Of a stretch of DNA of 64,000 nucleotides, positions 1 through 10,333 are shown piece by piece. The stretch is from positions 8,032 through 72,031 of the forward strand of contig JBPCRP010000025.1 in assembly GCA_050996715.1 (NCBI GenBank), given 5' to 3'. Under the pieces are notes generated by a model. That model saw only the letters and a list, made by a program, of their open reading frames with translations, was not told the origin of the DNA and ran no database searches. This stretch comes from Propionibacteriaceae bacterium (GTDB lineage: Bacteria > Actinomycetota > Actinomycetes > Propionibacteriales > Propionibacteriaceae). Numbering within the stretch: position 1 is the stretch's first letter; every line of letters begins with the position of its first letter. The position numbers were made by a program, and so were the translations under genes.

Positions 1-1429
1 CGGCATCTGGGGTGAGCGTCCGGGTGGTCGGGGCGTACGCGGCCGCTCCCTCGTCCAGGTCGCGGACCAGTCCGGCTCCCGTCGCCGCGATCACCGCGCA
101 GGCCCGCAGAGTCAGGTTGTCCCCGGCGACGATCTCGGCCTCGCGGCCGAGCACGTCCACGCTGATCTGCTGCCACAGCGCGTTTTTCTCGATACCACCG
201 GAGAACACGAGCCGATTACACGCGACGCCGGCGCGATCGAAGGAGTCGATCACCCCGCGGGTGCCGCAGGCCACCGCCTCCACGGCCGCCCGGTAGAGCT
301 CCTCGCGGGTGGTGCCGAGGGTCAGACCGACGATCGCCCCCCGCAACCGGGGGTCGCGGTAAGGCGTCCGGTTCCCCATGAAAGTGTCCAGGGCCCGCAG
401 CCCGTGGGCGCCGGGATCGACGGCAGCGGCGCCGGCGACGAGAGCGGCAAGGTCGTCCCGGGCCACGCCCATGATGTTCTCCCCGGCCCACTTCAGCACC
501 GATCCGCTGGTGACCTGACCGCCCTCGACCAACCACTTCGAGGTGCGCAGTGCGTGCGGGTAGGGCCCCCACACCTCGGCGGTGGCCACCGGCTCGTCGA
601 CCTCGGCGATGATCGCCGAGGACGTCCCCGACACGATCGAGACCACCCCCGTCGACGCACCGCAGGCCAGCAGCGACACGTGGGCGTCGATCCCGCCGAC
701 GCAGACCGGCGGACCCCCGTCGACCGCTGCGTCGATGCCCAGAGCGACGGCCGCCGCTGCGGTGAGGGGGCCGGCCACCGAGCCCACGGGGGCGATCTCG
801 TCGGGCAGCTTCGCCTCCAGGTCAGCGATCCCGAAGTCCGCGTAGAGCTCGGTGGGGTAGCGCCGCCGGAGAGTGTCGTAGTTGTACTTGCAGACCGCGT
901 TCATCTGCGAACCGACCCAACGGCCGGTGAGCCGGAACGTCAGGTAGTCGATCGCCTCGACGACGCGGGCGGCCCGGGCAAAGGTCTCAGGTTCGTGCTC
1001 CTGGAGCCACATCGCCTTCGGCAGCAGCCACTCCGACGCGTCCGAACCGCCCGCCCAGGCGAGGATCGGGTGCCGTGCGGCGAAGCCGACCGTGCGCGTG
1101 GCCTGCGGGGCGGCCCGGGAGTCCATCCAGAGGATCGCGGGCCGGAGCGGCTGACCCGCCGCGTCGACCACGGCGACGGTCGACGCCGTGGTCGCGGAGG
1201 CGACCGCCACCACCGGACCGGCCGCCCGGCACGCCGGGGTCGCGAACAGCGCCCGACTCGCGTCGGTGATCGCCGTCCACCAGTCCTGTGGGTCCTGCTC
1301 GGCCCAGCCGGCGCGCGGGAACGTCGTGCGGTAGGGCCGGTGGACCGAACCCAGCGACGTGCCGTCGGTGGTGAAGGCGCCGACCCGGGCCCCCTCCGTA
1401 CCGAGGTCGAGGCTGAGCAGGATGCCCAC
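1..1429 (-). CDS. FGGY-family carbohydrate kinase (xylulokinase/ribulokinase-like); 3' end runs off the window
   Basis: Hand translation of the minus strand from GTG at 1429 gives VGILLSLDLGTEGARVGAF...PRAGWAEQDPQDWW, an FGGY N-terminal signature. It is not in the ORF track because it is open at the edge. The start lies 3 nt after the upstream gene's stop. Confidence 0.75.
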   Translation of the reverse strand, partial: MGILLSLDLGTEGARVGAFTTDGTSLGSVHRPYRTTFPRAGWAEQDPQDWWTAITDASRALFATPACRAAGPVVAVASATTASTVAVVDAAGQPLRPAILWMDSRAAPQATRTVGFAARHPILAWAGGSDASEWLLPKAMWLQEHEPETFARAARVVEAIDYLTFRLTGRWVGSQMNAVCKYNYDTLRRRYPTELYADFGIADLEAKLPDEIAPVGSVAGPLTAAAAVALGIDAAVDGGPPVCVGGIDAHVSLLACGASTGVVSIVSGTSSAIIAEVDEPVATAEVWGPYPHALRTSKWLVEGGQVTSGSVLKWAGENIMGVARDDLAALVAGAAAVDPGAHGLRALDTFMGNRTPYRDPRLRGAIVGLTLGTTREELYRAAVEAVACGTRGVIDSFDRAGVACNRLVFSGGIEKNALWQQISVDVLGREAEIVAGDNLTLRACAVIAATGAGLVRDLDEGAAAYAPTTRTLTPDA

Positions 1430-1431
1430 GC

Positions 1432-2490
1432 TCAGCCCGCGAACGGGTCGAAGATCACTTTGGCGGAGAACTCCGAGCGGTCACCGAGCGTGGTCATCAT
1501 GGCCGGGAGATCGGCCAGCGGCAGCTCGTGGGTGATCATGAACTCCCACTTCAGCTCGCCGGTCGCGAGCTTGTCGGCGGCGGTCCGCCACTCGGCGCCG
1601 GGGAAGGGTGCCGAGAACGAGTTCCACGAACCGTGCATGGTGATCTCCAGGCGCATGAACTGGTTCCAGGTCTCCTTCGACAGTTCCACCGGGGCGTGCG
1701 GGATGCCCACGAAGACCACGTGACCCTGCGGTCCGGCGAGGTTCGCGGCCAGGTCGGCGGTCACCGGCACCCCAGCCGACTCGAGCACGATGTCGAAGCC
1801 GCGTCCCGCCAGCGCCTTGGCGTCGGCGTGGGTCTGCACGGCTCCGGTCGCTCCCGCCTCCCGCGCCATCGCCGACTTCTCCTCGCTGAGGTCGATCGTG
1901 ACGATCTCGCTCGCCCCGGCCAGCTTGGCCCACTGCACCGCGAAGAGGCCGATCGGACCCGCACCGACCACCAGCACCCGGTGCCCCGTGCGCAGGCCGG
2001 TCTTCCACAGGGCGTGCAACGCGATGGCCGCCGGGTCGAGCATGGCCGCCGCACGCGGGTCCATCCCGGCGGGCATCGCCAGCAGGTTGCCGACGGGCGA
2101 GACCACGTACTGGGCGTAGGCACCGTCGTTGCGGCTGCCGAAGTAGTCGTAGTTCTCGCACAGCCCGAAGTCGCCGCGCCGGCAGAAATCGCAGTGGTAG
2201 CAGGGAATCAGGGGTGGCACCGAGACCAGGTCGCCGACCTCGAAGCCGGTCACGCCCTCCCCCAGCTGCTCCACCCACCCCGAGAACTCGTGGCCGCAGA
2301 TGATCGGCATCACGTAACCGCCGTTACGCAGCATCCGCGGGATGTCGGAGCCGCAGACCCCGCAGGCCGCGACCTTGAGCAGCACCTCGCCCGGACCCGG
2401 GGACGCCACCGGCACCTCGTGCACCCGGATGTCCCCCGGGGCGTACATCACGGCTGCGGTCATGGTGGTCGGCGTCGTCGCGGGTGTCAT
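1432..2490 (-). CDS. Zn-dependent polyol/alcohol dehydrogenase (MDR family, sorbitol or galactitol-1-P dehydrogenase-like)
   Basis: ORF 1432..2553 carries GVCGSDIP, GHEFSG, a CxxC Zn site and the VVGAGPIGL Rossmann motif. Start placed at internal ATG 2490 (MTPATT...); 2463 is also possible. Confidence 0.85.
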   Translation of the reverse strand: MTPATTPTTMTAAVMYAPGDIRVHEVPVASPGPGEVLLKVAACGVCGSDIPRMLRNGGYVMPIICGHEFSGWVEQLGEGVTGFEVGDLVSVPPLIPCYHCDFCRRGDFGLCENYDYFGSRNDGAYAQYVVSPVGNLLAMPAGMDPRAAAMLDPAAIALHALWKTGLRTGHRVLVVGAGPIGLFAVQWAKLAGASEIVTIDLSEEKSAMAREAGATGAVQTHADAKALAGRGFDIVLESAGVPVTADLAANLAGPQGHVVFVGIPHAPVELSKETWNQFMRLEITMHGSWNSFSAPFPGAEWRTAADKLATGELKWEFMITHELPLADLPAMMTTLGDRSEFSAKVIFDPFAG

Positions 2491-2659
2491 CGGGCTCGCT
2501 CTCGGGTACGGCGGGTGCTGCTGGCCAGCTCCTGGTGGCTGGTTCCGGCTCACCGTAGGCCGCCGCAGCGCGGCCCAGCAACATTCGTGCAGCCAGGTGC
2601 CGATCCGAGCAGGGACGGGTGGGGAGCAGACCCGGCCCCCCGTTCGAGATCATGGCCGC

Positions 2660-4147
2660 ATGGCCCACCTCCCTCGGATCGCGATCTGCGGACTCAGTCT
2701 CGAAGCATCGACGTTCTCACCCGGCCGGACGCGGGTGGCGGACTTCCGCCCCCAACGTGGCCCGCAGGTCCTGTCGGCGCGGCCCTTCTGGTCGCCGGGG
2801 GGGTCGCTCACCGGGGCTGCCGACTGGGTGCCGATCCTCGTGGGAACAGCGATGCCCGGCGGTCCGGTGCCGGCGGCGGACTACGCCGCGCTGAAGGCCG
2901 AGATCCTCGGCGGGCTGCGGGCCGCCGGCTCCCTCGACGGGGTGGTGCTCGACCTGCACGGGGCGATGAGCGTGCTGGAGATGGACGACGCCGAGGGTGA
3001 CCTCGCGGTCGCCGTCCGCGCGGTTGTCGGGCCGGACGTCATCATCAGCACCGGGATGGACCTGCACGGCAACGTCTCCTGGCGGCTCGCCGAGACCCTG
3101 GATCTGCTCACCTGCTACCGGATGGCCCCGCACGAGGACGCGCTGGAGACCAAGGAGCGAGCCGTGGTCAACCTGCTGGCCCGACTCGCGCTGCCGCCCG
3201 CGCGACGCCGGCCGCTGAAGGCCTGGGTACCCGTACCGCTGCTGCTCCCGGGAGAGAAGACCAGCACCCGGCTCGAGCCGGCGGCCTCGCTCTACGCGAT
3301 GGTGCCGGAGGTGGAGGCCCTGGACGGGGTGCTCGACGCGGCGATCTGGATCGGGTACGCCTGGGGTGACGAACCGCGGAACCGCTGCGTGATCATGGTA
3401 ACCGGCGACGACGAGGCCGTCATCACCCGCGAGGCCGAGCGCCTCGCCACCGCCGTCTGGGCGGCCCGCGACGACTTCGTGTTCGTGGCTCCCTCGGCCC
3501 CGTTGGCCGACTGCCTTGACGCCGCGCTGGCCAGCTCGGACCGGCCGTACCTGATCTCCGACTCGGGCGACAACCCCACCGCCGGCGGCACGGGCGACGT
3601 CAGCTGGACCCTGGGCGCGCTGCTCGCCGATCCACGGCTGGCGGCCGACGGTCCCCCGGTGATCTACGCCGCCGTCCACGACGCCGCGGCGGCCGACGCC
3701 TGTGCGGTCGCCGGGGTCGGTGCGATGATCACGATCGTGGTCGGTGGGCACATCGACGACCGACCGTGCGGACCGGTGGAGCTGACGGGCGAGATCCGGC
3801 ACGTCGACCACAGCGACCCCGACGCGCAGACCGAGGTCGTCGTCCGCGCCGGTTCGGTGGACGTGATCATCACCCGCGGCCGCAAGCCGTACCACCTGCT
3901 CGCCGACTTCGAACGCAACGGGCTGGACCCCCGGGCGGCTGACGTCGTGATCGTCAAGATCGGCTACCTCGAGCCGGAGCTCTACGACCTCGCCGCGGAC
4001 TGGATGCTCGCTCTGACCCCCGGCAGCGTCGACCAGGACCTCGTCCGGCTCGGGCACCACCGGATCACCCGTCCGATGTTCCCCTTCGACCCGGGAGCGA
4101 TCGACCCGGACCTGGCGGCCCACCTCGTCCCGTCGGCCGGGACCTGA
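2660..4147 (+). CDS. M81 family metallopeptidase (MlrC-like)
   Basis: In the 2342..4147 ORF the region from MAHLPRIAICGLSLEASTF onward resembles MlrC N- and C-domains. ATG at 2660 is in frame. The upstream part overlaps the divergent ADH gene. Confidence 0.7.
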   Translation: MAHLPRIAICGLSLEASTFSPGRTRVADFRPQRGPQVLSARPFWSPGGSLTGAADWVPILVGTAMPGGPVPAADYAALKAEILGGLRAAGSLDGVVLDLHGAMSVLEMDDAEGDLAVAVRAVVGPDVIISTGMDLHGNVSWRLAETLDLLTCYRMAPHEDALETKERAVVNLLARLALPPARRRPLKAWVPVPLLLPGEKTSTRLEPAASLYAMVPEVEALDGVLDAAIWIGYAWGDEPRNRCVIMVTGDDEAVITREAERLATAVWAARDDFVFVAPSAPLADCLDAALASSDRPYLISDSGDNPTAGGTGDVSWTLGALLADPRLAADGPPVIYAAVHDAAAADACAVAGVGAMITIVVGGHIDDRPCGPVELTGEIRHVDHSDPDAQTEVVVRAGSVDVIITRGRKPYHLLADFERNGLDPRAADVVIVKIGYLEPELYDLAADWMLALTPGSVDQDLVRLGHHRITRPMFPFDPGAIDPDLAAHLVPSAGT

Positions 4148-4172
4148 CCCCGGGGGCTGGCCGGTCGGCGGC

Positions 4173-4637
4173 TCAGGCGCCGGACGGCCGCGGACGGGAT
4201 CGCCGCAGCCAGAGCAGGCCCAGGAACGGCAGGACGAGCGGGACGAAGCCGTAGCCCATCCCGAAGTCCGACCACACCGTCGCGTCGGGGAACGCGGTCG
4301 GGTCGACCAGGGTCAGCGTGCCCACGCCCAGCACGCCGACGAGCTCCACCACGATCGCCACCAGGGCGACGCGGCGCGAGCCCCGCGTCCCCCGGGCCAA
4401 GGAGATGGTCGCCACGACGTAGACCAGGCCGGCGACCGCCGACGCGACGTAGGCCAGCGGGGCCACCTCGAACTTGGTGGCGATCTGAACCGCGGCGCGG
4501 GCGGTCGCGGACAGGGCGAAGACTCCGTAGACCGCGACCAGGACCCGACCCGGGCCGCTGTTGGTCGCCAGCCCCCCGTCGGCCGTCCGCCGGGAGCGGG
4601 TGGATTCGACCGGCCCGGGACGGACCGGCCGGCTCAT
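4173..4637 (-). CDS. small integral membrane protein, unknown function
   Basis: C-terminal 154 aa of ORF 4173..5666 has several hydrophobic helices. An ATGA overlap joins it to the upstream membrane-protein gene. Confidence 0.55.
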   Translation of the reverse strand: MSRPVRPGPVESTRSRRTADGGLATNSGPGRVLVAVYGVFALSATARAAVQIATKFEVAPLAYVASAVAGLVYVVATISLARGTRGSRRVALVAIVVELVGVLGVGTLTLVDPTAFPDATVWSDFGMGYGFVPLVLPFLGLLWLRRSRPRPSGA

Positions 4638-5047
4638 CCGAGCACGCCCCAGAGGTTGAGCAGCCGCAGCGTCATGGCGCCGACCGACGCGGCCGCGACG
4701 GCCAGCACGACCCCGGCGAAGCGGGAGCGGTCGGTGAGCGCCCACACCGTGCCGAGCGGGAGGAGGACGACGATGGCGATGAGGTAGCCGATGGTGGTCC
4801 CGGTCTCGGTCGGACGGAACCCGGCCACGAGCCTGACCCCCGCGACCACCGACTGGACCAGCGTCGCGAGCTCGAGCACCCCCACGCCGATCAGCTGGGC
4901 CCAGCTGATCGGCCGCTTGGCGATAGCGGTGAGCAGACCCCACCCCAGCACGAGCACGGCAAGCGCGATCACGCCGTACGCCAGCTCGCTGATCACGTGC
5001 CGAGGGTAGTAGCCACGCCCGCGATCCAGGAGTTGACTGGCCGCCAT
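4634..5047 (-). CDS. small integral membrane protein, unknown function
   Basis: Hydrophobic 137-aa tail of ORF 4634..5302 (AYGVIALAVLVLGWGLL...). Its stop overlaps the next gene's ATG. Confidence 0.5.
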   Translation of the reverse strand: MAASQLLDRGRGYYPRHVISELAYGVIALAVLVLGWGLLTAIAKRPISWAQLIGVGVLELATLVQSVVAGVRLVAGFRPTETGTTIGYLIAIVVLLPLGTVWALTDRSRFAGVVLAVAAASVGAMTLRLLNLWGVLG

Positions 5048-5921
5048 GAGCACCGTCGACCCGCCACCGACCGACGCCACCCCGCCCGGACCCGCCAGCT
5101 GGGACGAGGACCGGACCGCCTGGTGGCTGACCATCGCCGAACGCCGCGAGCTCCAGCTCGCGCCGGTCTCCGACGCCTTGTTCACCGCGCTGCACCTGCA
5201 GCCGGGTGAACGGGTGCTGGACGTGGGCTGCGGCCCGGGCTCCACGACCCGTCGGGCGCACGAGCAGGTCGGCCCCGACGGCCGGGTCACCGGCACCGAC
5301 ATCTCGGTGGGGATGATCGGGGCCGCCCGTCAGGCCGCCGCCGGACTCGACCTCGAATGGATCGTCGGCGACGCCCAGACCACCGACTTCGGGGCGGGCC
5401 GCTTCGACGTCGTCATGTCGCGATTCGGCGTGATGTTCTTCGACGACGCCGCCGCGGCGTTCGCCAACCTCTCCCGCGCCTGCGCACCTGAGGGCCGGCT
5501 CGGGATGGCGATCTGGAAGCAGCTGCCCGAGGCGCCGATCTTCGCCATCCCGACCCAGGTCATCGCCCGCGTGCTGGCCGACGCCGGCGAGACGATGCCC
5601 GACCCGTCCGGTGGCCCCGGCCCGACCACCCTGGGCCATCGCGACGCCACGGCGGCGCTGCTGCACGACGCCGGCTGGCGCGACCTGCTGTTCACCGACC
5701 CCGACGTCCCCCTCTCCCTGGAGGGCGGAGCCGCACCCGAGGAAGCGGCCGACCTCACGATGGCCGGCGGCCCGGCCGGCTCGCTGCTGCAGGGTCGGTC
5801 CCCCGAGGTGATGGCTGCTGCCCGCATCGCCCTGGTGGCGGCGTACGAGCAGCTGTGGGACGGCACCGGCATCGTCGTCCGCGGAGGGTTCTGGATCATC
5901 ACCGGTCGCCCGGCCAGGTGA
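5046..5921 (+). CDS. class I SAM-dependent methyltransferase
   Basis: Motif I VLDVGCGPGSTT and downstream methyltransferase-fold motifs in the 291-aa ORF. Confidence 0.8.
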   Translation: MSTVDPPPTDATPPGPASWDEDRTAWWLTIAERRELQLAPVSDALFTALHLQPGERVLDVGCGPGSTTRRAHEQVGPDGRVTGTDISVGMIGAARQAAAGLDLEWIVGDAQTTDFGAGRFDVVMSRFGVMFFDDAAAAFANLSRACAPEGRLGMAIWKQLPEAPIFAIPTQVIARVLADAGETMPDPSGGPGPTTLGHRDATAALLHDAGWRDLLFTDPDVPLSLEGGAAPEEAADLTMAGGPAGSLLQGRSPEVMAAARIALVAAYEQLWDGTGIVVRGGFWIITGRPAR

Positions 5922-5975
5922 TCCAGCAGGTCGCTAGTCTGTCGAGTGATCACGGTCGCCTAGCCTGGGCTCTGC

Positions 5976-5993
5976 CCCGGGTGGTCACCCGGG
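5976..5993. promoter_or_regulatory. palindrome CCCGGGTG-GT-CACCCGGG upstream of idi (candidate operator)
   Basis: 8-bp perfect inverted arms with a 2-nt centre, about 40 bp upstream of the idi start. Read directly from the sequence. Confidence 0.3.
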
Positions 5994-6029
5994 ACACGAC
6001 CCATCGGTTGCCAACAGGAGGACGACGTC

Positions 6030-6575
6030 ATGAATGCTCCCGTCGACGCGGTGGTGCTGGTCAACGCCGACGGTGAACGCCTCGGTCAGGTGCCGCGACT
6101 CGAGGTGCACACGACCCAGACCCCCCTGCATCTCGCCTTCTCGCTCTACGCCTTCGACCCCGACGGTCGGTTGCTGCTTACCCGACGAGCGCTCGGCAAG
6201 CGCACCTGGGCGGGTGTGTGGACCAACACCTGCTGCGGGCACCCCCGGCCCGAGGAGGAGATCACCGAGGCCGTGGTCCGGCGGCTCGGCGAGGAGCTCG
6301 CCCTGCAGGTGGACGATCTTCGCTGCGCGCTGCCCGAGTTCGCCTATCGGGCGACCGACGCCAGTGGCATCGTGGAGAACGAGATCTGTCCCGTCTTCGT
6401 CGCCGGGCTCGCCCCGGGGGCCGTTCCCGTACCCGATCCCGACGAGGTGATGGACTGGAGTTTCGTCGACCCCGCCGACCTGCTGACCTCGGCCACCGCG
6501 ACCCCGTTCGCGTTCTCGCCCTGGGCTGTCCTTCAGGTCCGCGAGCTGGCCGCGGTCGGCGCGCTCCGGCGCTGA
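6030..6575 (+). CDS. idi: isopentenyl-diphosphate delta-isomerase, type 1
   Basis: WTNTCCGHP and ENEICPVF motifs characteristic of type 1 IPP isomerase. AGGAGG lies upstream of the ATG. Confidence 0.9.
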   Translation: MNAPVDAVVLVNADGERLGQVPRLEVHTTQTPLHLAFSLYAFDPDGRLLLTRRALGKRTWAGVWTNTCCGHPRPEEEITEAVVRRLGEELALQVDDLRCALPEFAYRATDASGIVENEICPVFVAGLAPGAVPVPDPDEVMDWSFVDPADLLTSATATPFAFSPWAVLQVRELAAVGALRR

Positions 6576-6678
6576 TCCCGCGCCGGTGCATCCGATCCCC
6601 CGACCCCACACGAAGACATGACGAGCACCGTTGCAGCGACGTGATGTCGGCACCCTGTGCCGACCAGAGAGGACGCCC

Positions 6679-7863
6679 GTGACCCTGGTCAACGCACCCA
6701 GCTCAAGCCTCATCAGCCCACGCCCCACCCTGACCCGAACGAACGGCAGCCTCGACGCCACCCTGCGTGAGGTCGACGCCCTGCTCGACCAGGTGGTGAC
6801 GGATCTCGGTGCGCTCTGGGCGACCGGTGAGGGCAGCTACGGCGACCAGCAGCCCGTCGACGTACTGGGCGCCGAGGACCTACCGCAGCAGCTGCAGCGG
6901 CTGCTCGTCGCCGGCGGCAAGCGGATCCGGCCGGCGATGTGCCACTGGGGCTGGGTCAGCGCCGGCGGGGCCGACGCGGCCGGCGGGCCCGCCTCCCCGG
7001 GTCCCGCCCCGAGCTCGCCGACGGAGCCGTCGACCGTCGTCCAGGTCGCGGCCGCGCTCGAGCTCCTGCACGTCTTTGCCCTCATCCACGACGACGTGAT
7101 GGACGAGTCGGAGTCCCGCCGCGGGCAGCCGACCGTCCACGTCCGGGCCAGCCAGCTGCACCAGCTAGCGTGCGCCCACGGTGACGACCGCCGCTTCGGC
7201 GAGAGCATGGCGATCCTGGTCGGCGACCTGGCCCATTCCGAGGCCGACCACCTCGTCTCCGGGCTGCCGGCTCCGCTGCGCCACATCTGGCGGTTCCTGG
7301 TGATCGAGCTCGTCGCCGGACAGCGCCGCGACATCACCGGCAGCGCCGCCGGTCGGCGTGACATGCCCCACGCCCGTCAGGTGGCCCGGATGAAGTCCGG
7401 TGCCTACACCGTGGAGCGGCCGCTGCAGCTGGGCGCGACCGCGGCCGGGGCCGAAGGCGCGGTGCTCGACGCACTCCAGACCTACGGTCGTCACGTCGGC
7501 GAGGCCTTCGCCCTGCGTGACGACATCCTGGGGGTCTGGGGCGACCCCGGGCTGACCGGGAAACCCGCCGGGGACGACCTCGTTGCCGGCAAGCCGACCG
7601 TGATCGTGGCGTTGGCGGACCAACGACTGAAGGGCGCCGACCGCGTGCTGCTCGACCTGATCGGCTCCCCCGACCTCACCCAGGGCCACGTCGCGGTGCT
7701 GCAGCACTCGATCGCCGAGAGCGGGGTGCTGGACGCCGTGGAGTCCATGATCACCGCCGAGCTCGACGCGGCGCTGGCCGTGCTCGACGACCGCCTGCTC
7801 GATCCCGCGGGAGTCGCCGGTCTCACCGACCTCGCCCACCAGATCGCCTGGCGGAACCGGTGA
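6679..7863 (+). CDS. crtE: polyprenyl (geranylgeranyl) diphosphate synthase
   Basis: First Asp-rich motif LIHDDVMDESESRRG and second motif GDDLVAGKPT. GTG at 6679 is preceded by GAGAGGA; the ORF is open from 6631. Confidence 0.85.
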   Translation: MTLVNAPSSSLISPRPTLTRTNGSLDATLREVDALLDQVVTDLGALWATGEGSYGDQQPVDVLGAEDLPQQLQRLLVAGGKRIRPAMCHWGWVSAGGADAAGGPASPGPAPSSPTEPSTVVQVAAALELLHVFALIHDDVMDESESRRGQPTVHVRASQLHQLACAHGDDRRFGESMAILVGDLAHSEADHLVSGLPAPLRHIWRFLVIELVAGQRRDITGSAAGRRDMPHARQVARMKSGAYTVERPLQLGATAAGAEGAVLDALQTYGRHVGEAFALRDDILGVWGDPGLTGKPAGDDLVAGKPTVIVALADQRLKGADRVLLDLIGSPDLTQGHVAVLQHSIAESGVLDAVESMITAELDAALAVLDDRLLDPAGVAGLTDLAHQIAWRNR

Positions 7864-9401
7864 CCCGTCGTGGACCTGAGGTCGCGCGGACGGGGTCCGG
7901 CCAGCCGGTCGTCGTCATCGGGGCCGGTCTGGCGGGGCTCGCCGCCGCCTGTCATCTGCAGGGCGCCGGCTACCAGGTGACCGTGGTCGAGCGGGAGTCG
8001 ATCCCCGGCGGCCGGGCGGGTCGCTTCGAGGACGCCGGCTTCGCCTTCGACACCGGGCCGACCGTGATGACCATGCCAGATCTGGTCTCCGAGGCGCTGC
8101 GGGCCGTCGGGGCCGAGCTGTCCGACGTGCTGCCGATGACCCAGCTCGACCCGGCCTACCGCGCCTGCTTCGCCGACGGCTCCACGATCATGGTCCGTTC
8201 GGGCCACGAGGCGATGCGCGCCGAGATCGAGAAGACCTGCGGCAGCGTCGATGCCGCGGCTTTCGACGAGTTCGTGATCTGGCTGCGTCGGCTCTACCTC
8301 GCCGAGATGCCGCACTTCATCGACCACAACTTCGACTCGCCGCTGGGTCTGCTGCACAAGCCGACCGCGGCGGCGACGCTGCTGCGGCTCGGGGCATTCG
8401 GTCGGCTCGGGAACGCGGTCCGCCGCCGGTTTACCGACCCGCGGCTGCACCGACTGTTCTCCTTCCAGGCCATGTACGCGGGGCTGGCCCCCGACGACGC
8501 CCTCTCGCTCTACGCCGTGATCACCTACATGGACTCGATCAACGGCGTCTACTTTCCCGTCGGCGGCATGCACGCCATCCCGACGGCGATGGCCCTGGCG
8601 GCGGAGAAGGCCGGAGTCGAGTTCCGCTACGGCGAGACGGCGAGTGAGATCCTCCGGCGGCCGCCGAGCTCGGGGACCGGCGGGGTGGCCGGGGTCCGGC
8701 TGCTGGGCGGTGAACAGCTGCGCGCCGACGCCGTGGTCTGCACGCTCGACCTGCCGATCGCCTACGACAAGCTGCTACCCGACCTGAAGCCGCCGCGTGC
8801 GCTCGTCTCCGGTGACTACTCGCCGTCGTGCGTGGTCTGGCACGTCGGGGTCCGCGGACCGCTGGCGCCGGAGGCCGCGCACCACAACATCCACTTCGGT
8901 ACGGCGTGGGGCGAGGCGTTCGACGACCTGCTGAAGCGGGGCGCCCTGATGCGGGACCCCTCGCGGCTGGTGACGATCCCCTCGATCGACGAGCCGTCAC
9001 TGGCTCCGGAGGGCGGATCGACCCTCTTTGTGCTGGAGCCGACGCCGAACCTCTCGAGGTCCCCGGCGCGGGGTGGGCTGGACTGGAAGGCCGAGGCCGG
9101 CCCGATGCGCGACCGGCTGCACACCTTCCTCGGCGCGCAGGGCTATCCCACCGAGGTGGTGACCGAGCGCCTGGTCACCCCACTGGAGTGGCAGGCTGAC
9201 GGCATGGCTCAAGGCACTCCGTTCGCCCTCGCGCACACCTTTGCCCAGACGGGACCGTTCCGGCCCAAGAACGTGGAGCGGCGGGTGCCCGGGATGGTCT
9301 TCGCCGGGTCGAACACCACACCCGGGGTGGGCGTACCGATGGTGCTGATCTCGGGCAAGCTCGCCGCCGCCCGGGTCAGCGACTACCTGGGCGCCCGATG
9401 A
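7860..9401 (+). CDS. crtI: phytoene desaturase
   Basis: N-terminal FAD fold VVVIGAGLAGLAAACHL, 513 aa. A GTGA overlap joins it to the crtE stop. Confidence 0.85.
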   Translation: MTRRGPEVARTGSGQPVVVIGAGLAGLAAACHLQGAGYQVTVVERESIPGGRAGRFEDAGFAFDTGPTVMTMPDLVSEALRAVGAELSDVLPMTQLDPAYRACFADGSTIMVRSGHEAMRAEIEKTCGSVDAAAFDEFVIWLRRLYLAEMPHFIDHNFDSPLGLLHKPTAAATLLRLGAFGRLGNAVRRRFTDPRLHRLFSFQAMYAGLAPDDALSLYAVITYMDSINGVYFPVGGMHAIPTAMALAAEKAGVEFRYGETASEILRRPPSSGTGGVAGVRLLGGEQLRADAVVCTLDLPIAYDKLLPDLKPPRALVSGDYSPSCVVWHVGVRGPLAPEAAHHNIHFGTAWGEAFDDLLKRGALMRDPSRLVTIPSIDEPSLAPEGGSTLFVLEPTPNLSRSPARGGLDWKAEAGPMRDRLHTFLGAQGYPTEVVTERLVTPLEWQADGMAQGTPFALAHTFAQTGPFRPKNVERRVPGMVFAGSNTTPGVGVPMVLISGKLAAARVSDYLGAR

Positions 9402-10306
9402 CCACCGACCAGGTCGGCACCCGGCAGCCCACCCACGCCGACGGGATCATCGCGGCGGAGGGCTACCGACGGGCCGCGCTGCTCACCCGGGAGTTCGGCA
9501 CGACCTACTTCTGGGGGGCGGCACTGCTGCCCAAGGAGCGCCGCAAGCACGTGTACGCGGTCTACGCGCTTTGCCGACTGGCCGACGACATCGTCGACGT
9601 GGTCGACGACGGCGCCGACCCGGCCACGGTCGCGGCGACCCTGACCGCGTTCGGCGAGCACTTCCGCTCCTCGCTCGCGGCCGGCCGCAGTGACGACCCG
9701 GTGCTGGCCGCCGTGGTGCATACCGCGCTGACCTGCGGGATCGACCCCGAGTGCTTCGACCGGTTCTTCGCGGCGATGGCCATGGATCTGACCACCACCT
9801 CCTACGCCACCTTCGACGACCTCTGTGGCTACATGGAGGGGTCGGCGGCGGTGATCGGGGAGATGATGCTGCCGGTGCTCGAGCCGCAGTCGGTGGCCGC
9901 CTACGAGCCGGCCCGGTACCTCGGGCTCGCCTTCCAGCTCACCAACTTCCTGCGCGACGTGGACGAGGATCTCGACCGAGGTCGGATCTACATCCCCACC
10001 GACGACCTGCAGAGGTTCGAGGTGGACATCCACGCCCGCCGGGTCACCGAGCCGTGGCGAGACCTGATGCGCTTCGAGATCACCCGCAACCGAGAGCTTT
10101 ACGAGCTCGCCGACCCGGGGATCACGCTGCTGCCCGCGGCCTCGCAACGCTGTGTGGGCACGGCCCGGGTGCTGTACGCGCAGATCCTGGACCGGATCGA
10201 GGCCGCCGACTACGACGTCTTCTCGGGCCGGGTCCGGGTCCCCACGTGGAAGAAGGGGCTGACCGCCGCCCGTTCGGTGGTCCGCCGCCGCGCCGCCGTC
10301 GGCTGA
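9398..10306 (+). CDS. crtB: phytoene synthase
   Basis: YALCRLADDIVD and LTNFLRDVDEDLDRGRIYIP (squalene/phytoene synthase signatures). An ATGA overlap joins it to crtI. Confidence 0.9.
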   Translation: MTTDQVGTRQPTHADGIIAAEGYRRAALLTREFGTTYFWGAALLPKERRKHVYAVYALCRLADDIVDVVDDGADPATVAATLTAFGEHFRSSLAAGRSDDPVLAAVVHTALTCGIDPECFDRFFAAMAMDLTTTSYATFDDLCGYMEGSAAVIGEMMLPVLEPQSVAAYEPARYLGLAFQLTNFLRDVDEDLDRGRIYIPTDDLQRFEVDIHARRVTEPWRDLMRFEITRNRELYELADPGITLLPAASQRCVGTARVLYAQILDRIEAADYDVFSGRVRVPTWKKGLTAARSVVRRRAAVG

Positions 10307-10333
10307 GAGCCACCGGCGACCCCGCCGAGATCG

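Noticed and set aside
404-1723. 439-aa plus-strand ORF
   Set aside because: Antisense to the FGGY kinase and the ADH stop region. The minus-strand translation carries the kinase motifs.
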